From contig JAGWAR010000002.1 in assembly GCA_021296325.1 (NCBI GenBank), positions 65,459-129,458 of the forward strand: 64,000 nt of DNA, written 5' to 3'. Under the pieces are notes generated by a model. The model had not been told where the DNA came from. It saw only the letters and a program-made list of their open reading frames with translations, and made no database searches. Source of the stretch: Alphaproteobacteria bacterium (lineage in GTDB: Bacteria > Pseudomonadota > Alphaproteobacteria > GCA-2746255). The position numbers and the translations under genes were made by a program. Position 1 is the stretch's first letter; every line of letters begins with the position of its first letter. Shown piece after piece: positions 43,899 to 54,156 of this stretch.

Positions 43899-44747
43899 CT
43901 ATTCCAGGACTTCCGTCCGTGCGACGCGGGTTTCGTGATCCGCATCGTCGTTTGTCGCATATTCCTCGATCGCCTCTTTCAACCAGGCCGCGTAGGCCTC
44001 GTCCGAGACCACCTTGACCGTGATCGGCATCATGCCGTGGTTCGTGCCACAGAGTTCCGAACACTGTCCGTAATAGGTGCCTTCCTTGTTGGCGCGGAAC
44101 CAGGTTTCGTTCAACCGGCCCGGGATCGCGTCGATCTTGGCGCCGAAGGCCGGGACCGCCCACGCATGGAGCACGTCCGTCGAGGTCACCAGCACACGCA
44201 CCGTCTTGTTGACGGGCACGACCACCGCCGTATCGGTGGCAAGCAGGCGGGGCTGGCCCTCTTCGAGTTCGTCCTTCTCGAGCACGAAGGCGTCGAAGGT
44301 GAGGTCGTCGTGATCCGGGTAAACGTAGGACCAGTACCACTGATGCCCGACCGCCTTGATCGTGATGTCCGCGTTCTCGACCCGGTCCATGTAGTACATG
44401 AGCCGGAAGGACGGGATCGCGATGGCAACAAGGATAAGGGTGGGAATCAGAGTCCAGATGACTTCCAGCGGCGTGTTGTGGGTCGTCTTGGAGGGAACCG
44501 GGTTCGCCTTCGCGTTGAAGCGGAGGATGATGTAGACGAGCAACCCAAGGACAAAAGCGGTGATCAGGCTGATAACGATCAGAAGGTAATCGTGAAACCC
44601 GCTTAGTCGTTCCATTACCGGAGAGGCGGCGTCCTGAAATCCGAGCTGCCAGCGTACCGGCTCGCTTGCCAGTGTACCGGACGCCGAACCAACGCCGAAG
44701 AATGAAAACGCCGCAAGAAACAAGAAAAGTCGCCGACCGAAAGGCAT
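43899..44747 (-). CDS. coxB: Cytochrome c oxidase subunit II
   Basis: GHQWYWSY, DVLHAW, CSELCGTNHGMM CuA motif. Confidence 0.96.
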   Translation of the reverse strand: MPFGRRLFLFLAAFSFFGVGSASGTLASEPVRWQLGFQDAASPVMERLSGFHDYLLIVISLITAFVLGLLVYIILRFNAKANPVPSKTTHNTPLEVIWTLIPTLILVAIAIPSFRLMYYMDRVENADITIKAVGHQWYWSYVYPDHDDLTFDAFVLEKDELEEGQPRLLATDTAVVVPVNKTVRVLVTSTDVLHAWAVPAFGAKIDAIPGRLNETWFRANKEGTYYGQCSELCGTNHGMMPITVKVVSDEAYAAWLKEAIEEYATNDDADHETRVARTEVLE

Positions 44748-45069
44748 GGAATCCAGCCCTCCCTAACTGGTGAGATTTGAAGGGATGAAACCACCCCCCA
44801 GGACGATCCGGAAAAACCTGCGCCCGAACGCCACCCGGTGACCGGGCGGGTCAGGGTGGTTCGTATCGCCCCCTGTATGGCCGAAATGTATAGCAAAGTC
44901 CGCCGCCTTCGCAAAAAAGAATTGCCTTGTGGAAGCCCCTGGAAAGCCTGCAGACTCGCGGATTGCGAACGGGTCGCAGGCCGGGGCCCGCCTTTATTAC
45001 AGAAAAACAGTGTAATAACGGTCCGAAGCTCCGCAAAGCGCCGGCGGCCTCCCGAAAACGAGGTGCGAT

Positions 45070-46506
45070 GTGTCCGATCTGCCGACCACCGACGAGCTTT
45101 TCTTCACACCAACCGGCCTGGACCGGAGGCGGGTCGAGCGCGTCGTCGACGATGCGCTGAAGGGCGCTGATGACGGCGAGCTTTTCCTGGAGTTCCGGCA
45201 GTCGGAAAGCCTCGTCTTCGACGACGGGCGATTGAAAAGCGCCAGTTTCGATTCCTCGCACGGCTTCGGGCTGCGGGCGATCGCCAAGGAGGCGGTCGGC
45301 TATGCCCACGCCTCCAACCTCGACGAGGCGACGATGAAGCGCGCCGCCGAGACGGTAAAGGCGGTCCGTGAAGGCCGCGGCGGCACGGCGATGGCCACCC
45401 CGCCGAGCACGAACCGGCATCTCTATTCCGACGCCAATCCCCTGAACGGGGTCGCTTTCGAACGCAAGGTCCGGCTGCTCGCCGAGATCGATGCCTATGC
45501 CCGCGGCAAGGATCCCCGCGTGCGCCAGGTGACCGCCTCGCTGGCCGGCGAATGGCAGGCAGTTGAGATCTTAAGGGCCGGCGGCGAACGGGCGAGCGAT
45601 TTGCGTCCGCTGGTCCGGTTGAACGTCGCCATCGTCGTCGGCGAAGGGGAGCGCATGGAAAGCGGCAGCCACGGCGCCGGCGGCCGCGCCCTGTACGACA
45701 CCTGGCTCGACCCTTCGAACTGGCAGGGCCAGGTGGACGAGGCGTTGCGCCAGGCGCTGGTCAATCTTGAATCGGTGCCGGCGCCGGCCGGCGAAATGGA
45801 AGTCGTGCTGGGACCGGGCTGGCCCGGCATTCTTTTGCACGAGGCGATCGGCCACGGCCTTGAGGGCGACTTTAACCGCAAGCAGACGTCCGCCTTCTCG
45901 GGCCTGATCGGCAAACGCGTGGCCAGGGAAGGCGTCACCGTCGTCGACGACGGCACGATCCGGGACCGACGCGGCTCGCTGACCATCGATGACGAAGGCA
46001 CGCCCACCGAACGGACGGTCTTGATCGAGAATGGCATCCTGAAAGGCTACATGCAGGACCGCCAGAACGCCGCCCTCATGGGCCAGCGCCCGACCGGCAA
46101 TGGCCGGCGTGAAAGCTTCGCCCACAAGCCGATGCCGCGCATGACGAACACCTACATGCTGGCCGGCACCGACACGCCGGAAGAAATCGTCCGTTCCGTG
46201 AAGAAGGGCCTGTACGCAGTCAATTTCGGCGGCGGCCAGGTCGACATCACGTCGGGGAAATTCGTCTTCTCGGCAACGGAGGCCTATCTGATCGAGGACG
46301 GCCGCGTCACCGCCCCGGTCAAGGGGGCGACGCTGATCGGCAACGGGCCGGACGTGCTGACGAGAGTCGCCAGGATCGGCAACAACCTGAAGCTCGACCC
46401 CGGCATCGGCACCTGCGGCAAGGAAGGTCAGGGCGTGCCGGTCGGCGTCGGCCAACCGACGCTGCTGATCGACCGGCTTACCGTCGGCGGCACCGCCTCC
46501 CGGTAA
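45070..46506 (+). CDS. tldD: Metalloprotease TldD
   Basis: LLHEAIGHGLEGDFNRK, GNGRRESF, PRMTNT, CGKEGQGVPV. Confidence 0.95.
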   Translation: MSDLPTTDELFFTPTGLDRRRVERVVDDALKGADDGELFLEFRQSESLVFDDGRLKSASFDSSHGFGLRAIAKEAVGYAHASNLDEATMKRAAETVKAVREGRGGTAMATPPSTNRHLYSDANPLNGVAFERKVRLLAEIDAYARGKDPRVRQVTASLAGEWQAVEILRAGGERASDLRPLVRLNVAIVVGEGERMESGSHGAGGRALYDTWLDPSNWQGQVDEALRQALVNLESVPAPAGEMEVVLGPGWPGILLHEAIGHGLEGDFNRKQTSAFSGLIGKRVAREGVTVVDDGTIRDRRGSLTIDDEGTPTERTVLIENGILKGYMQDRQNAALMGQRPTGNGRRESFAHKPMPRMTNTYMLAGTDTPEEIVRSVKKGLYAVNFGGGQVDITSGKFVFSATEAYLIEDGRVTAPVKGATLIGNGPDVLTRVARIGNNLKLDPGIGTCGKEGQGVPVGVGQPTLLIDRLTVGGTASR

Positions 46507-46521
46507 CGACCCGCCTCTTCC

Positions 46522-47892
46522 TTAATAGGCGCATTCCTCGTAGAGCGGTTCGACCGCGCCGCCCCAGGCATGGGCGTAGCGTTCGAGCATGCGTTCGGCC
46601 GCGGTGACGCCGCTTTCCGCCGTCTCGGCCAGGACATCAAGAAAATGGCTTTCGTCCCGTCCCGTCCCGTCCTTATGGGCCCGGCGGCGGAGGCCCGTCT
46701 TGGCGATCTCGACCGCGTCTTTCGCCACGTCCTGAACGGTCCGGCCGTGGATGCGCGCCTTCAACGCGTCGCGGGCGACCGCCTCGCCAAGGGCCTGCTG
46801 TTCCCCGATCGGCCAGTCCCCGACGAGATCGAGCGCGGCTGCCTGCGCGTCCGCGTCATAGAGAAGTCCCGCCCAGAAGGCCGGCAGGGCACAGAGCAAG
46901 GGCCCGCCGCCGGTGGCGGCGCCGCGCATCTCGAGAAAGCGCTTCATCCGGACCCAGGGAAAGGCGGTCGTGAGATGGTCTTCCCAATCGGCCATCGTCG
47001 GCACCTCGCCCGGCCGTGCCGGCAATTTGCCATCCAGAAAGTCGCGGAAACTTTGTCCCGCCGCGTCGAAATATGTGCCGTCGCGCACGACGAAATACAT
47101 CGGCACGTCGAGCATGTAGTCCACGTAGCGTTCGAACCCCATGGAGGAATCGAACACGAAGGGCAGGAACCCGCAACGGTCGGGGTCCGTCTCCGCCCAC
47201 ACATGGGCGCGGTAACTTAGGTAACCGCTCGGCTTGCCTTCGACGAAAGGCGAGTTTGCGTAAAGGGCGGTGACGATTGGCTGCAGCGCCATGGAGATAC
47301 GAAACTTCTCGACCATGTCGGCTTCGGATGCGAAATCGAGGTTCACCTGCACGGTGCAGGTGCGCAGCATCATGTCGAGGCCAAGCGCGCCTTTCGTCGG
47401 CATGTAGTCGCGCATGATCCGGTAACGCGTCTTTGGCATCCAGGGCATATCGTCGCGCGACCATTTCGGCAGAAAGCCGAGATTGAGAAGGCCAAGTCCC
47501 AGCGCGTCGGTGACCGAGCGAAGCTGGGTGCGATGGTCGGCAACCTCGACGCAGGTTTCGTGGAGCGTCCGCAAGGGTTCGCCGGAAAGTTCAACCTGTC
47601 CGCCGGGTTCCAGCGTGATCGAACCGAAGCCCGGTTTCACGAGCGCGACCGGATTGCCGTTTTCCAGAATCGGCTGCCAACCGAAACGTTGCATGCCTTC
47701 CAGAATGGCGCGGATGCCATCAGGCCCTTCATAGGGCACCGGCGCAAGGTCGGCCTTGCGAAAAACGAATTTCTCGTGCTCGGTCCCGATGCGCCAGTCT
47801 TCGGGCGACTTGCAGGCGGCGGCAAAATATTCGACGAGCTGGGTCTTCGTCTGAATGGGTTCGAATTTTTCGTGAACCGAAAAGCCGGTCAT
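46522..47892 (-). CDS. gshA: Glutamate-cysteine ligase (GCS2, alphaproteobacterial/plant type)
   Basis: WRIGTEHEKF, LEPGGQVELSG, MPK.RY.IM, TCTVQVNLDF, DHLTT.FP, LEMRGA. Confidence 0.92.
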   Translation of the reverse strand: MTGFSVHEKFEPIQTKTQLVEYFAAACKSPEDWRIGTEHEKFVFRKADLAPVPYEGPDGIRAILEGMQRFGWQPILENGNPVALVKPGFGSITLEPGGQVELSGEPLRTLHETCVEVADHRTQLRSVTDALGLGLLNLGFLPKWSRDDMPWMPKTRYRIMRDYMPTKGALGLDMMLRTCTVQVNLDFASEADMVEKFRISMALQPIVTALYANSPFVEGKPSGYLSYRAHVWAETDPDRCGFLPFVFDSSMGFERYVDYMLDVPMYFVVRDGTYFDAAGQSFRDFLDGKLPARPGEVPTMADWEDHLTTAFPWVRMKRFLEMRGAATGGGPLLCALPAFWAGLLYDADAQAAALDLVGDWPIGEQQALGEAVARDALKARIHGRTVQDVAKDAVEIAKTGLRRRAHKDGTGRDESHFLDVLAETAESGVTAAERMLERYAHAWGGAVEPLYEECAY

Positions 47893-48668
47893 GGCTTGCC
47901 CGCCGCCTTCGGCGAAGGCGTTTCTTCGAAGCGGAAGGAAGGCCGCCTTTGCCAATCGCCAAGCACCGTCTGCCAGCAGGTCATGGCCGCCACGGCGGCG
48001 GTGTCGGCCCGCAGCACCCGGGGACCAAGGCTGGCAGCCGTGATGAAGGGAAGCCGGCGGAGCCGGTCCAACTCGGCCGGCGCGAAGCCGCCCTCGGGGC
48101 CGGTCAGCAGGGCCCAGGAGCCGGGGCCGGCTTCCGCAAGGGCCTCCAGGATGGGCGGGCCGCCGCCGGTTTCGTCACAAAGGAGCAGGCGCCGCGCGGC
48201 GGGCCAGGCAGCCAGCACGCTTTCCAGCGGTTCGGCCGCGCCGATCTCCGGCACGGAGAGGCGTTCGGTCTGTTCCGCCGCCTCGATCGCGTGGGCCTTC
48301 AGGCGTTTTTCGTTCACCCGTTTTACTTCCGTCCGTTCCGTGATCACGGGCTTTAGATGCACGACGCCGAGTTCGGTTGCTTTCTCGACGAGATTTTCAA
48401 TCCGGTTCCGTTTGATGGGCGCGAACAGAAGCCAGAGATCCGGAAGCGTTTCCTGGGCGCGGCGGCATTGCCTGGGCATGACGCGGGCCCGTTTCTTCAG
48501 GATTTTTTCGATAACCGTTTCCCATTCGCCGTCACGGCCGTTGAAAAGGTGGACGCAATCCCCCGGCCCAAGCCGCATCACGTGCGCGAGATAGTGGGTT
48601 TGCTCCGGCCCCAGTTCAAGCGCGCCGCCCTCAGCAAGCCCTTCTTCCACGTATAAACGGACGGCCAT
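47889..48668 (-). CDS. rsmE: 16S rRNA m3U1498 methyltransferase
   Basis: HYLAHVMR, EKATELGV, EAAEQTER, GPEGGF, LGPRVLRADTA. Confidence 0.93.
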   Translation of the reverse strand: MAVRLYVEEGLAEGGALELGPEQTHYLAHVMRLGPGDCVHLFNGRDGEWETVIEKILKKRARVMPRQCRRAQETLPDLWLLFAPIKRNRIENLVEKATELGVVHLKPVITERTEVKRVNEKRLKAHAIEAAEQTERLSVPEIGAAEPLESVLAAWPAARRLLLCDETGGGPPILEALAEAGPGSWALLTGPEGGFAPAELDRLRRLPFITAASLGPRVLRADTAAVAAMTCWQTVLGDWQRRPSFRFEETPSPKAAGKP

Positions 48669-48726
48669 GGCTTTCGCCTGCTCCTTGCCCTTGAGAAGAA
48701 CCGGGGGAACCACTAGACCTTAGCCG

Positions 48727-49656
48727 ATGACGGAGTCCACCAAAACCAGTGCGACGGACATGCCGGATAGCGGCTGGGTCGACCGCGTCGAACCGGCTTA
48801 TCTAAGGCCCTATCTGAAGCTTGCCCGGCTCGACCGGCCGACCGGCATCTGGCTTTTGTTCTTTCCCTGTCTTTGGGGGCTGGCCCTTGCCTCGCCCGGT
48901 TTCCCGGACCCGGTCCTGGTGTTGCTGTTTGCCATCGGCGCCATCCTCATGCGAAGCGCGGGCTGCGTCTTCAACGATATCGTGGACCGGGATTTCGACG
49001 CCCGGGTCGCCCGCACGCGGGACCGCCCGCTTGCGGCGGGCACCCTGTCGCCGACGGAGGCCGTCCGCTTCCTAGTCGTTCTCCTGCTTGCCGGACTTGT
49101 CGTGCTGTTGTGCTTCAACCATTTTACGGTCCTTCTCGGCATCGCCTCGCTGGGGTTGGTTTTTCTTTACCCCTTCGCGAAGCGCTTCACCGACTGGCCC
49201 CAGGCGGTGCTCGGCCTCACCTTCAACTGGGGGGCGTTGATGGGCTGGACGGCGGTGACGGGCGAGATCAGCCTGGCAGCATGCGCCCTTTACGCCGGCG
49301 CCTTCTTCTGGACGCTTGCCTATGACACGATCTACGCCCATCAGGACAAGGCGGACGATCTTCTGATCGGCGTTAAATCGACGGCGATCCGGCTTGGGTC
49401 GCGGACGAAGCCTTTTCTTTTCGTTTTTTACGGGTCGGCGCTTTTCTTCTTCGCCGCAAGCGGCGCACTCGCGGGCCTTGGTTGGCTTTTCTATGCCGGG
49501 CTTGGCCTGCTGGCGGCCCAGCTTGTCTGGCAGGTTGTTTCCCTGAAGCTCGACGCGCCGGCCGATTGCCTCGCCAAGTTCCAGTCGAACCAGTGGGCCG
49601 GCCTGATCCTGGCCTTCGCCATCCTCGGCGGTCGGCTTCTTACGTCATTGCCTTAA
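48727..49656 (+). CDS. ubiA: 4-hydroxybenzoate polyprenyltransferase
   Basis: RLDRP.GIWLL, NDIVDRDFD..V.RT..RP, YDTIYAHQD..DD..IGVKSTA. Confidence 0.95.
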   Translation: MTESTKTSATDMPDSGWVDRVEPAYLRPYLKLARLDRPTGIWLLFFPCLWGLALASPGFPDPVLVLLFAIGAILMRSAGCVFNDIVDRDFDARVARTRDRPLAAGTLSPTEAVRFLVVLLLAGLVVLLCFNHFTVLLGIASLGLVFLYPFAKRFTDWPQAVLGLTFNWGALMGWTAVTGEISLAACALYAGAFFWTLAYDTIYAHQDKADDLLIGVKSTAIRLGSRTKPFLFVFYGSALFFFAASGALAGLGWLFYAGLGLLAAQLVWQVVSLKLDAPADCLAKFQSNQWAGLILAFAILGGRLLTSLP

Positions 49657-50807
49657 TAGGGAACGGCGATCCGCCCGATGCGCTCGCGAGCGATGACGAT
49701 TTTCTGGACCTGGGCGGTGCCGTCGCCGATCTCAAGCCCCATGACGTCGCGCAGGCGCTGTTGATGGGGCGTTTCCTTCGAATAGCCGTAATGGCCGTGC
49801 AGCAGCAGGCACTGGTGCAGAATGTCGAAGGAGAGTTTCGGCGCCCACCATTTGCACATGGCGGCTTCCGCCGTGTGTGGCAGGCCCTGGTCGCGAAGCC
49901 AGAGCGTCTTGTAGCAAAGCAGCCGGCAAGCCTCGTAAAAGGTTTCGGCCTCGGCCAGAGGAAAGGTCACCCCTTCGAATTTCGCGAGCGGCGCACCGAA
50001 GGCCTCGCGTTCCTGCACGTAGGCCCAGGTCTCGTCCAGCGAGGCGCGGGCGGCGCCCAGGCATTGCAGGCCGATGATGGCGCGGGAGAAATCGAAGCCC
50101 TTCATGATCTGGGTAAAGCCGCCGTTCTCCTCGCCAAGCAGGGCCTCGCCCGACACCTTCACATCGTCGAAGAAAAGGGAGCCGCGGCCGACGATGGTGG
50201 ATCCCAGATCGTCGAAGCGGGTGCGGGTAATGCCGGGCTGGTCCAGTTCGACCAGGAAAGCGCTGACCCCCTTGGCCCCCGCCGCCTCGCTTCCCGTGCG
50301 GCCGAAGACGATGGCGATGTCGGCCTGGTCAGCGGCCGAGATCGAGGTCTTCTCGCCGTTGAGCACGTAGCCGTCGCCGGCGCGGCGCGCCTTGAGCTTC
50401 AGTTTCGCCGCGTCGGAACCGACGGCGGGTTCGGTCAAGCCAAGCGCGATCAGCGTCTCGCCGGCAGCAATCTTCGGCACCCATTTTTCGGCCAGCGGCG
50501 GGCGGGCGTGTTCGGCAAGGATGCCGCCCAGAAGCGCGCCCAGCAACGTCAGGTAGGAAAGGTTGAAGTCCCCGAAGGCGACACCTTCCGTGATGAGGCC
50601 GGTCATCACCGAATCGGCCTCCATGCCGCCGAGCCGTTCCGGCACGTTCGGGACCAGCATACCGAGCGCGCCCATCTCGCGGACCAGTGCCCGGTCGAAG
50701 ACGCCTTCCTGCTCGCGCGCCATGTAGTCGGGCGCGAGGCGTTCGCGGGCAAAGCGCAAGACGCTCTCGGAGAGGGCCATCTGCTCATCGGTGAAGGAAA
50801 AATCCAC
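49653..50807 (-). CDS. aliB: Cyclohexanecarboxyl-CoA dehydrogenase-like acyl-CoA dehydrogenase
   Basis: LTEP..GSDAA, GEKTSIS, VGRGSLFF, HTAEAAMCKWWAPK, QQRLRDV.GLEIGDGTAQ match the AliB/BadJ subfamily as I recall it. Confidence 0.8.
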   Translation of the reverse strand: MDFSFTDEQMALSESVLRFARERLAPDYMAREQEGVFDRALVREMGALGMLVPNVPERLGGMEADSVMTGLITEGVAFGDFNLSYLTLLGALLGGILAEHARPPLAEKWVPKIAAGETLIALGLTEPAVGSDAAKLKLKARRAGDGYVLNGEKTSISAADQADIAIVFGRTGSEAAGAKGVSAFLVELDQPGITRTRFDDLGSTIVGRGSLFFDDVKVSGEALLGEENGGFTQIMKGFDFSRAIIGLQCLGAARASLDETWAYVQEREAFGAPLAKFEGVTFPLAEAETFYEACRLLCYKTLWLRDQGLPHTAEAAMCKWWAPKLSFDILHQCLLLHGHYGYSKETPHQQRLRDVMGLEIGDGTAQVQKIVIARERIGRIAVPY

Positions 50808-50830
50808 GCGCGCGTTCCTGTGGTTCCGGC

Positions 50831-51985
50831 TCAGCCTTCGGCTTCGCGGAGCATCGCCTTGGCGATGACGAGTTGCTGAATCTGCGATGTGCCTTCGTAG
50901 ATGCGGAAGAGACGGACGTCCCGATAGAAACGCTCGACCGCGTATTCCGCGATGTAGCCGGAGCCGCCGTGAATCTGCACGGCGCGGTCGGCGACGCGGC
51001 CAACCATCTCGCTTGCAAAATATTTACAGCAGGATGCCTGCATGCTGACCTGCTCGCCGGCGTCGCGGCGTCGCGCCGCGTCCAGCACCATGCATCTGGC
51101 CGCGTAGCTTTCGGCCCGGCTGTCGGCCAGCATCGCCTGGACGAGCTGAAAATCGGCGATGCGTTCGCCGAACTGCTTGCGTTCCATCGCGTAAGCCAGC
51201 GACTCCTCAATCAGGCGTTCGGCAACGCCGACGCAGACGGATGAAATGTGGATGCGCCCGCGGTCGAGCACCTTCATCGCCGTCTTGAAGCCGACGCCTT
51301 CCTTTCCGCCGATCAACGCGGATGCCGGCACGCGGCAATCCTCGAAGATGACGTCGCAGACATGGGCGCCCTGCTGGCCCATCTTCTTGTAGGGCTTGCC
51401 GATGGAAATGCCCGCAAGCGCGCGATCGACGATGAAGGCGGACACACCGGCGGCGCCTTTTTTCGAGGGGTCGGTGCGCGCCATCAGGGTAAAGGCGTGG
51501 GCGTGAGAGGCATTCGTGATGAAACGCTTGGTGCCATTCACGACGTAAACGTCGCCGTCGCGGATCGCCGTCGTGCGGAGCGAGGCAGCGTCGGAACCGG
51601 AATCCGGTTCCGTCAGCGCAAAGGAGATAACCAGTTCGCCGGAAGCGATCTTCGGGAGGTAGGTTTGCTTCTGTTCCTCCGTGCCGTCCATGACGATGCC
51701 TTGCGAGCCGATGCCGATGTTCGTGCCGATGGCGGAGCGGAAGGCCGGCGAGGCGCGGCAAAGTTCGAACATGACCCGCACTTCTTCTTCCGTCGTAAGC
51801 CCGATGCCGCCATAGGCTTCCGGCACCGTGAGGCCGAAAAGACCAAGCTCGCGCATCTCGGCGACGATTTCCGGCGGCACGGCGTCTTCTTCCGAGACCC
51901 GCTTTTCGGCCGGGATCAGCCGTTCGCTGACGAAGCGGCGAAGCGTTTCGAGCAGTTGTTCGAACGTGTCGAGATCGAGTGCCAC
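50831..51985 (-). CDS. Acyl-CoA dehydrogenase
   Basis: FALTEPDSGSDA, NGTKRFITNA, RKQFG, QIHGGSGY, RIYEGTSQIQ. GTG start inferred. Confidence 0.92.
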   Translation of the reverse strand: MALDLDTFEQLLETLRRFVSERLIPAEKRVSEEDAVPPEIVAEMRELGLFGLTVPEAYGGIGLTTEEEVRVMFELCRASPAFRSAIGTNIGIGSQGIVMDGTEEQKQTYLPKIASGELVISFALTEPDSGSDAASLRTTAIRDGDVYVVNGTKRFITNASHAHAFTLMARTDPSKKGAAGVSAFIVDRALAGISIGKPYKKMGQQGAHVCDVIFEDCRVPASALIGGKEGVGFKTAMKVLDRGRIHISSVCVGVAERLIEESLAYAMERKQFGERIADFQLVQAMLADSRAESYAARCMVLDAARRRDAGEQVSMQASCCKYFASEMVGRVADRAVQIHGGSGYIAEYAVERFYRDVRLFRIYEGTSQIQQLVIAKAMLREAEG

Positions 51986-52058
51986 AATCCATCCTCCCAT
52001 TCCGTCGCATCCAAGGCAGGCACGGGCCGGACCCGCGCCAAGCAGAGGATATAATAGA

Positions 52059-52094
52059 TTGACACTAGCATATTTTCAATCTTACGTTAGTTAG
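52059..52094 (+). promoter_or_regulatory. sigma70 promoter of fadH overlapped by a palindromic operator
   Basis: TTGACA 52059-52064, TACGTT 52083-52088; operator CAATCTTACGTTAGTTAG at 52077-52094. Confidence 0.6.
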
Positions 52095-52122
52095 AATTTA
52101 TTCACCATCGGATTGCTGTCCC

Positions 52123-54156
52123 ATGCCCGGAAAAAGCCCTTATCCGCACCTGCTCGAGCCGCTGGACCTTGGTTTCCGGACGCTGCCGAACCGGGTCGTC
52201 ATGGGCTCCATGCACATGCGGCTCGAGGGCGAGGAACGGGGTTTCGAGAAGCTGGCCGCCTTCTATGCCGAGCGCGCGCGGGCCAAGGCCGGGCTCATCA
52301 TCACCGGCGGTTTCGCGCCGAACGCCGACAGCATCCTCGGCCCCGGCTGCGCCAAGCTCACGACGGAAGACGAGGTCGCCGAACACCGCAAGGTAACGGA
52401 GGCCGTCCACCGGGAAGGCGGCATCATCTGCCTGCAGATCCTGCACCCGGGGCGGTATTCGCAGCTCGACTATGCCTTCGCGCCGTCGGCCATCCGTTCG
52501 CCGATTAGCAAGGTGACGCCGAAGGCGATGACGGAAGAGGAGATCGAACAAACGATCCAGGACTTCGCCGATTGCGCCCTGCTCGCCCGGCAGGCCGGCT
52601 ATGACGGCATCGAGGTGATGGGTTCGGAAGGCTACCTCATCAACCAGTTCACGACCCGCCACGTGAACCAGCGGACGGACCGCTGGGGCGGCACAATCGA
52701 GAACCGCATTCGTTTTCCGCTTGAGATCATGCGGCGGACGCGCGCCGCCGTCGGCGAGGATTTCATCATCATCTACCGGCTTTCGATGATCGACCTCGTC
52801 GAGGACGGCAACACCCAGGAAGAGATCATCTTCCAGGGCCAGGAAATCGAAAAGACGGGCGCCACGATCATCAATTCCGGTATCGGCTGGCACGAGGCGC
52901 GCATCCCGACGATCGCCCAGATGGTACCGCGTGCGCCTTTCGTGGAAGTCATCGCCGCCGTGAAACGCGTCCTTTCCGTCCCCGTCGTGGCGACGAACCG
53001 GATCAACACACCGGAACTGGCCGAACGCATCCTGGCGATGGGCCAGGCGGATATGGTGTCGATGGCACGGCCTTTCCTGGCCGACGAGGCCTTCGTCCAG
53101 AAGGCAATGGAAGGACGGGCGGACGAGATCAACACCTGCATCGCCTGCAACGAGGCCTGCCTCGATTACATCTTCACGGAACGGCCGGCCTCCTGCCTCG
53201 TCAACCCGCGGGCCGGGCGCGAGCTGGAGATCCGGATCGAGCCGGCCACGGAGATCAAGAAGGTCGCCGTCGTCGGCGCCGGGCCGGCGGGGCTGGCCTA
53301 CGCGATCACGGCGGCCGAACGCGGCCACAAGGTGACGCTGTTCGAAGCCGGCCCGGAGATCGGCGGGCAACTGAACCTCGCCGTCAAGATCCCCGGCAAG
53401 GAAGAATTCCACGAGACGCTTCGCTACTACCGGAAGATGATCGAGAAGCACGGCGTCGACGTGCGCTTGAATACGCACGCCTCGTCCGAGGAACTGATCA
53501 AGGGCAATTTCGTCGAGGTCGTGCTTTCCACCGGCGTCAAGGCGCGGGTACCGGAAATCGAGGGCATCGATCACCCGATGGTCCTTTCCTATGAAGAGGT
53601 CATCGAAAAGAAAAAGCCCGTCGGCCAACGCGTCGCCATCATCGGCGCCGGCGGCATCGGGTTCGACGTCGCCGAGTTCCTGACAACGCCGGAAGGCTGG
53701 AAAGAAAGCCAGGACGCGGACGCCTTCTTCGGCGCCTGGGGCGTCGACAAGACGGTGAACACGCCGGGCGGGTTGAAACCGCCCGAGCCGGAGAAGTCGC
53801 CCCGCGAGGTTTACCTTCTTCAGCGCAAGGCGACGACGCATGGCCGCAACCTTGGCCGGTCGACCGGCTGGATCCACCGGCTGACGATTCAGAAGCGGAA
53901 GGTGCACACGATCGGCGGCGTTACCTACCGCAAGATCGACGACCAGGGATTGCACATCACGGTGGAAGGCGAGGACCGGGTGCTGGAGGTGGACAACGTC
54001 ATCCTCTGCGCCGGCCAGGAACCGAACCGCGACCTGCACGACGCGCTGGAACGGGCGGGCGTGTCGTCCCATCTGATTGGCGGCGCCGAGGAGGCGCTGG
54101 AGCTGGATGCGCGCCGCGCGATCGACATCGGCACGCGCCTCGCCACCCGCACCTGA
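52123..54156 (+). CDS. fadH: NADPH-dependent 2,4-dienoyl-CoA reductase
   Basis: NRVVMGSMH, EVMGSEGYLINQF, GIGWHEARIPTI, NTCIACNEACLD 4Fe-4S, GAGPAG FAD, ELDARRAI. Confidence 0.93.
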   Translation: MPGKSPYPHLLEPLDLGFRTLPNRVVMGSMHMRLEGEERGFEKLAAFYAERARAKAGLIITGGFAPNADSILGPGCAKLTTEDEVAEHRKVTEAVHREGGIICLQILHPGRYSQLDYAFAPSAIRSPISKVTPKAMTEEEIEQTIQDFADCALLARQAGYDGIEVMGSEGYLINQFTTRHVNQRTDRWGGTIENRIRFPLEIMRRTRAAVGEDFIIIYRLSMIDLVEDGNTQEEIIFQGQEIEKTGATIINSGIGWHEARIPTIAQMVPRAPFVEVIAAVKRVLSVPVVATNRINTPELAERILAMGQADMVSMARPFLADEAFVQKAMEGRADEINTCIACNEACLDYIFTERPASCLVNPRAGRELEIRIEPATEIKKVAVVGAGPAGLAYAITAAERGHKVTLFEAGPEIGGQLNLAVKIPGKEEFHETLRYYRKMIEKHGVDVRLNTHASSEELIKGNFVEVVLSTGVKARVPEIEGIDHPMVLSYEEVIEKKKPVGQRVAIIGAGGIGFDVAEFLTTPEGWKESQDADAFFGAWGVDKTVNTPGGLKPPEPEKSPREVYLLQRKATTHGRNLGRSTGWIHRLTIQKRKVHTIGGVTYRKIDDQGLHITVEGEDRVLEVDNVILCAGQEPNRDLHDALERAGVSSHLIGGAEEALELDARRAIDIGTRLATRT

